Source of the DNA: an uncultured bacterium
GTDB taxonomy: Bacteria > Verrucomicrobiota > Verrucomicrobiia > Verrucomicrobiales > DEV007
Assembly: GCA_963977015.1 (NCBI GenBank)
Contig: CAXBMO010000008.1
Span: 128,001-192,000, forward strand
DNA length: 64,000 nucleotides
Direction: 5' to 3'
Made by a program: the position numbers and the translations under genes. This document shows positions 59,268 to 64,000 of the stretch, piece by piece; the first letter of the stretch is position 1, and every line of letters starts with the position of its first letter. The notes under the pieces are model-generated. The model was not told the origin of the DNA. It worked only from the letters and a program-made list of their open reading frames with translations, and ran no database searches.

Positions 59268-59552
59268 ATGAAAGACATTTTCCAAGTCATCAAAACGATT
59301 CAGCTCAGTGAGAAAGCAACGCTTCTCAACGAGATGAACAACGAATACGTCTTCAAGGTCGATCGCAAAGCGAACAAGCTGGAGATCAAAGAGGCGGTCG
59401 AGAAACTGTTCGGCAAAAAAGTCGTGACGGTAAGGACTGCCAATTACCAAGGGAAGAAAAAGCGCGAGCGTCGCCAGGATTTTGGTCGCACCGCGCATTG
59501 GAAGAAAGCCATCGTGAAACTCGCGGATGGCGAAACCATTGATCTTGTTTAA
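59268..59552 (+). CDS. rplW: 50S ribosomal protein L23
   Basis: [23 protein letters not shown]. Confidence 0.98.
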   Translation: MKDIFQVIKTIQLSEKATLLNEMNNEYVFKVDRKANKLEIKEAVEKLFGKKVVTVRTANYQGKKKRERRQDFGRTAHWKKAIVKLADGETIDLV

Positions 59553-59572
59553 CCCACCAATTTTCTAGACAC

Positions 59573-60415
59573 ATGCCGCTCAAAAAATATCGCCCGGTAA
59601 CGCCGTCGAGCCGCTACAAGTACCTCCCCGACTTCTCGGAATTGACCAAGAAGAAGCCGGAGAAGAACTTGACGAGTTCCCTGAAAAAGTCTGCCGGCCG
59701 CAACAACTCGGGTCGGATTACCTGCCGTCACCGTGGAGGTGGGCACAAGCGCAAGTATCGTCTGATCGACTTCAAGCGTGCTCGTCATGGTGAAGTCGCG
59801 AAAGTGATCGCGATCGAGTATGATCCCAATCGTACCGCACGCATTGCCTTGATCGAGTATGAGGATGGCCAGAAGAGCTACATCCTTGCGCCCGCCAAAC
59901 TCAAGGTTGGTGCCAAGGTTCAGTCCGGTGAAAATGCCCCGCCAGAAGTCGGCAACGCGCTTCCACTCGACAAGATTCCGCCATCCACCTCGATTCATAA
60001 CATCGAGTTGACGATTGGTCGCGGTGGTCAGCTTGCCCGCGGTGCGGGTCAGGCCGGAACGCTTACCAACAGTGACGGTGAATACGCCCTCGTGAAGCTT
60101 CCTTCCGGGGAGATTCGCAAGATCAACGCGCGTTGCTACGCCACGATTGGTGTCGTCGGAAATATTGAGCACATGAATGAGGTTAGCGCGAAAGCTGGCC
60201 GGACCCGCTGGAAGGGCGTTCGCCCGACCGTGCGCGGAATGTGTATGAACCCGGTCGATCACCCCAATGGTGGTGGTGAGGGTAAAAGTAAGTCAGGCGG
60301 TGGTCGCCAGCACTTGAAGAGCCCATGGGGCCACGTCAAGGGGCAGAAGACCCGCAAGAAGCATAAGCCGAGCGATAAGTTCATCGTGCAACGTCGCAAA
60401 TCGAAGAAGAAGTAA
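59573..60415 (+). CDS. rplB: 50S ribosomal protein L2
   Basis: [28 protein letters not shown]. Confidence 0.99.
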   Translation: MPLKKYRPVTPSSRYKYLPDFSELTKKKPEKNLTSSLKKSAGRNNSGRITCRHRGGGHKRKYRLIDFKRARHGEVAKVIAIEYDPNRTARIALIEYEDGQKSYILAPAKLKVGAKVQSGENAPPEVGNALPLDKIPPSTSIHNIELTIGRGGQLARGAGQAGTLTNSDGEYALVKLPSGEIRKINARCYATIGVVGNIEHMNEVSAKAGRTRWKGVRPTVRGMCMNPVDHPNGGGEGKSKSGGGRQHLKSPWGHVKGQKTRKKHKPSDKFIVQRRKSKKK

Positions 60416-60436
60416 TTTTAAACCTGTCCAAACGTT

Positions 60437-60718
60437 ATGGGAAGATCACTCAAAAAAGGTCCATTCGTCGATGTCAAGCTTCTCGATAAGATTGACGCTA
60501 TGAATGAGTCCGGAAAGAAGCGGCCGATTAAAACCTGGTCACGCCGGTCCATGGTAACTCCAGATTTTGTGGGGCATACCTTCATGGTTCACAATGGAAA
60601 AGACTTCATCTCCGTGTTCGTTTCGGAGAACATGGTCGGTCATAAGCTTGGTGAATTCGCTCCGACCCGGTCCTTCAGATCGCACAGCGGACACAATCCT
60701 AAGATCAAGGGGGGCTAA
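60437..60718 (+). CDS. rpsS: 30S ribosomal protein S19
   Basis: [26 protein letters not shown]. Confidence 0.99.
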   Translation: MGRSLKKGPFVDVKLLDKIDAMNESGKKRPIKTWSRRSMVTPDFVGHTFMVHNGKDFISVFVSENMVGHKLGEFAPTRSFRSHSGHNPKIKGG

Positions 60719-60757
60719 TCGCCTCTGCGAAATCATCTGCTTTTTAAACAACACGCA

Positions 60758-61573
60758 ATGAAACACTCCATTCACAGTCAGGTTTGCAACCTTCTCGTCG
60801 TTCTCGGCGTTGGGTTGGGCATGGCATGTGGTTGGGCGCAGGATCAACCCGATCCCGTCATTGCTGGTTTGATGAAGCAGGCTGAATTGGAACTCGCGCT
60901 TGAGGCGGCGAATCGAAAGATTGAGCAACTCGAGGCGAAGCTGGCGCTGCGGTCGGAGAAAGATATGCCGATCGAGGTGGCGCTTGCTGAATCCAATAAG
61001 GAGGCCAACGAGTTCCGGGAGTTGTATCGCGATCTACAGCTTCGGATTGAGGAACTCGGTCTTGAGACGATTCGTTCCGACAAGGCTCTCCAGGAGCGAC
61101 TGATCAAAGCGGTCCGGGAGCGTCAGATGTTTAAGGATCGCAATGATGCGGCTTACGAGCAGCTCATGAAGCTGAGCGAGGCGGTTATGGATTACGTCAA
61201 AACGGCGACCGCCGGAGATCCTTCCGCTCGACTCGCGGTCGAAGCCGAGTTGCGGGCCACGGATGAGATGTTGGGCTTTGGCGGTGCCCGCAAAGCACCC
61301 CTGGTGGATGTGGACCTCAATGATGGTCAGGTGGTGAGTTTCAAAGATGATTTGCGCCTCGCGGTGCTCAATATTGGACGCCGCAGCGGAGCCCGGGTGG
61401 GAATGCCTGTGGAGATTTTTCGGAAAGATCGCGCGATTGGAACCGCGATGATTGTGGATGTTCGTGATGCGATTAGCGGAGCGATTGTTCAAGAGACTTT
61501 TCGGGAGGGTGATCGCGTCCAGGTGCGTGATCGCGTGAAGCCGAGAACAACGGCAAAAAACTATAATTTCTAA
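60758..61573 (+). CDS. Hypothetical exported coiled-coil protein inside the S10 operon
   Basis: 271-aa ORF filling the rpsS-rplV gap; signal peptide, heptad-rich middle, C-terminal beta domain (VLNIG..SG..VG). Confidence 0.8.
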   Translation: MKHSIHSQVCNLLVVLGVGLGMACGWAQDQPDPVIAGLMKQAELELALEAANRKIEQLEAKLALRSEKDMPIEVALAESNKEANEFRELYRDLQLRIEELGLETIRSDKALQERLIKAVRERQMFKDRNDAAYEQLMKLSEAVMDYVKTATAGDPSARLAVEAELRATDEMLGFGGARKAPLVDVDLNDGQVVSFKDDLRLAVLNIGRRSGARVGMPVEIFRKDRAIGTAMIVDVRDAISGAIVQETFREGDRVQVRDRVKPRTTAKNYNF

Positions 61574-61587
61574 CTTCAAAACGTACG

Positions 61588-62220
61588 ATGGAAGTCAAAG
61601 CGACCTACAAATTTGCTCGAATCTCGCCGCTGAAAGCGCGCGATGTTGCTCGTGAAGTCACGGGAATGCCGGTTTCTGCGGCTCTCGATCTGATTCGATT
61701 CACCCCGAAGAAGGCTGCATTCTTGATTGGCAAGACGCTCAAATCAGCCATGGCCAATGCGGAAAACAATTTCGACCTGGCAGCTGATGATCTCGTTGTG
61801 AAGTCAGCGACAGTCACCGAAGGGCCGGTTTTCAAGCGGTGGAAGCCTCGTGCTCGTGGTGGTGCGGCTCCGATTCGCAAGCGCACTGCCCACATCAATG
61901 TCATTATCTCCAATGAGCTGGGTGAAGGCTCCGAAGCGGCTCCGGTTGCTGAAAAGGAAGCCAAGCCAGCGGCAAAGAAGACTGCGGCAAAGAAGCAGGC
62001 CAAGTCGGCTGCCGGCGGCGATGATTTGAAACTGATTAGCGGTGTTGGTCCCAAGTTGGAGCAGAAGCTTCACGAAGAGGGAATCACCACTTATGAGCAG
62101 ATCCTTGCTTGGACCGAAGACGACATGGTCGATTTCGGCGAACGACTCTCCTTCAAGGACCGAATCCAGCGCGATGACTGGCAAGGCCAAGTGAAGAAAC
62201 TCATCGAAGAACGCGGTTAA
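61588..62220 (+). CDS. rplV: 50S ribosomal protein L22 with C-terminal helix-hairpin-helix extension
   Basis: RISP.KAR, SA.ANAE.N, PRARG.A..IRKRT.HI; then AK-rich linker and DDLKLISGVGPK domain. Confidence 0.96.
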   Translation: MEVKATYKFARISPLKARDVAREVTGMPVSAALDLIRFTPKKAAFLIGKTLKSAMANAENNFDLAADDLVVKSATVTEGPVFKRWKPRARGGAAPIRKRTAHINVIISNELGEGSEAAPVAEKEAKPAAKKTAAKKQAKSAAGGDDLKLISGVGPKLEQKLHEEGITTYEQILAWTEDDMVDFGERLSFKDRIQRDDWQGQVKKLIEERG

Positions 62221-62247
62221 TCCAATTTTCCAAACCTACAGACTGTC

Positions 62248-63138
62248 ATGGGACAAAAAGTAAATCCGGTCGGCTTCCGACTCGCAGTAAATAAAGACTG
62301 GGCCTCCAAATGGTATGCGCCTCCAGGAGAGTTCCCGGAGTTCCTTCATGCCGACATTGCCGTCCGCAAATATCTCAAGGAGAAGCTCGCGTTCGCAGCG
62401 GTGTCCAAGATTTTGATCGAACGTGCCTGGAACAGCGTTCGGGTCACGCTTTACACCGCTCGTCCAGGTTTGGTGATCGGTCGTAAGGGATCCGAAATTG
62501 AGCGGATGACCGACAAGATTTCAGGAATGTGTGGCGGTCGTCAGGTCAAAATTGACATCGTTGAGATCAAGCAGCCGGAGACGGATGCACAGCTGGTTGC
62601 TGAAAGTGTTGCATTACAGTTGGAACGACGTATCTCTTTCCGCCGCGCCATGAAGCGTTCCTTGCAAACCGCAATGGACTTTGGTGCTGAGGGAATCCGA
62701 ATTCGATGCGCTGGCCGTTTGGGCGGTGCGGATATTGCCCGGGCTGAGTGGTATCGCGAAGGAAAAGTGCCTTTGCAGACCCTCCGCGTCCCGATCGACT
62801 ACGGTTTTGCCGAGGCAAAAACGGTTTATGGAATCATTGGCGTAAAATGCTGGATCAACCGCAACCCGGACTCCGAGAAATCCCGGATGGCCCGCGTGAC
62901 CGGCGACAATCGCCGTGATGGTCGCGGTGGACGTCGTGATGGTCGTGGACCAGGCGGTGGCGGACGCGGCCCAGGTGGCGGCGGTCGTGGACCAGGTGGT
63001 GGTGGCGGACGCGGCCCAGGTGGTGGTGGACGTGGCCCAGGTGGCGGCGCTCCAAGCCAGTCAGCACCAGCAGCAACACCAGCTCCAGCCGAATCTACAC
63101 CAGCCCCAGCTGCGACAGACACTCCAGCAGCGAGCTAA
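62248..63138 (+). CDS. rpsC: 30S ribosomal protein S3 with Gly/Arg-rich tail
   Basis: [36 protein letters not shown]. Confidence 0.98.
   Translation: MGQKVNPVGFRLAVNKDWASKWYAPPGEFPEFLHADIAVRKYLKEKLAFAAVSKILIERAWNSVRVTLYTARPGLVIGRKGSEIERMTDKISGMCGGRQVKIDIVEIKQPETDAQLVAESVALQLERRISFRRAMKRSLQTAMDFGAEGIRIRCAGRLGGADIARAEWYREGKVPLQTLRVPIDYGFAEAKTVYGIIGVKCWINRNPDSEKSRMARVTGDNRRDGRGGRRDGRGPGGGGRGPGGGGRGPGGGGGRGPGGGGRGPGGGAPSQSAPAATPAPAESTPAPAATDTPAAS
62941..63048 (+). repeat. Coding tandem repeat (~21 nt x5) encoding GRGPGGG
   Basis: ggtcgtggaccaggcggtggc / ggacgcggcccaggtggcggc units within the 3' end of rpsC. Confidence 0.85.
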
Positions 63139-63176
63139 TTTTCTAACCCAGTTTTAATCCTAACTCTTCTCAGATC

Positions 63177-63584
63177 ATGGCGTTGATGCCCCGAAAAGTA
63201 AAGTATCGCAAGACCCAGCGCGGAAACCGTGGTGGAACTGCTCAGCGTGGAACCCGAGTTTCGTTCGGTGACTACGGCCTGCAGTCTTTGGGACGCGAGT
63301 GGATTACCAACAATCAAATCGAGGCCTGCCGGATTTCGATCAACCGTTACCTCAAGCGTAAGGGTAAAGTCTGGATCCGGATCTTTCCTCACAAGCCCGT
63401 TACCGGTCGTCCGCCCGAAACCCGGATGGGTAAAGGTAAAGGTGCTGTTGAGAAGTGGGTCGCGGTGGTGAAGCCGGGAACCATGCTTTTCGAAATCGCA
63501 GGTGTTCCTGAGAGCCAGGCTCGTGAAGCCATGCGATTGGCTGCCAACAAATTGGGAATCAAAACCCGCTTCGTGGTGCGCTAA
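63177..63584 (+). CDS. rplP: 50S ribosomal protein L16
   Basis: LMP.K.KYRK, WIRIFP, RMGKGKG. Confidence 0.98.
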   Translation: MALMPRKVKYRKTQRGNRGGTAQRGTRVSFGDYGLQSLGREWITNNQIEACRISINRYLKRKGKVWIRIFPHKPVTGRPPETRMGKGKGAVEKWVAVVKPGTMLFEIAGVPESQAREAMRLAANKLGIKTRFVVR

Positions 63585-63617
63585 GCCCGAACTTGGAACC
63601 TGAACGAACTTGATACG

Positions 63618-63860
63618 ATGAATCCGATCAAAGAACTGCGAGAGCTTACCACTGAAGAGCTGATTAATCAGCGACGTGACCTGAAGCATGAGGTGCTGAA
63701 TTTGCGCGTGCAGCAGCAGAGTGGCCAGCTTGAGAACACGGCCCTGTTGCGGAACAACCGCCGCAGAGTTTCCAAGATTGAAACCATTATGACGGAGCGC
63801 CGCCGAAAAGCTGAGATGGAAGCTGCTGCGAAACCTGCAGAAGCGGCTCCATCCGAATAA
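63618..63860 (+). CDS. rpmC: 50S ribosomal protein L29
   Basis: ELR.LT.EEL, LR.Q...GQLEN; position after rplP. Confidence 0.95.
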   Translation: MNPIKELRELTTEELINQRRDLKHEVLNLRVQQQSGQLENTALLRNNRRRVSKIETIMTERRRKAEMEAAAKPAEAAPSE

Positions 63861-63887
63861 CCTGAATTTGTTACCTGATTTTTACTG

Positions 63888-64000
63888 ATGAGCGAAGAAA
63901 CCAAGACCGCCGAAGGAACTGAGGCCAAGCGTCACCTGCGGAAAACCCGTGTGGGGAAGGTCATCTCCAACAAAATGGATAAGACCATTGTTGTGGAGGT
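63888..64000 (+). CDS. rpsQ: 30S ribosomal protein S17, 3'-truncated by the window edge
   Basis: MSEETK...RKTRVGKVISNKMDKTIVVEV. Confidence 0.95.
   Translation, partial: MSEETKTAEGTEAKRHLRKTRVGKVISNKMDKTIVVE

Overview
This is a GC-rich bacterial chromosome segment, most consistent with a Verrucomicrobiales (PVC) genome. That placement is inferred from the multiple sulfatases, the PUR-repeat gene, and the rpsL-rpsG-fusA-rpsJ order with no tuf. Housekeeping blocks include tig-clpP-clpX, ispD, trpS, priA, rplU-rpmA, mlaEFD, an RND efflux triplet, a partial type II secretion cluster, and the str/S10 ribosomal operon (truncated at rpsQ). Most of the unusual content lies in the accessory stretch at about 14.7-36.7 kb: (1) a ~1-kb element encoding a tandem IS200-type Y1 nuclease whose catalytic Tyr and HUH motif sit in different halves, bounded by ~100-bp two-hairpin inverted repeats and currently interrupted by one amber codon; (2) a TIR-STAND-TPR (NLR-like) gene bracketed by two inverted 124-bp REP-like elements, sitting between two Cys/Met PLP-enzyme genes; (3) an alpha/beta-hydrolase::gamma-glutamyltransferase fusion; (4) yefM-yoeB with a visible operator; (5) a plcP/agt-like lipid-remodelling pair. 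The ribosomal operon has an EF-G with altered domain IV loops, a non-ribosomal gene between rpsS and rplV, and C-terminal extensions on L22 and S3. All calls come from motif recognition by eye; no database searches were run.
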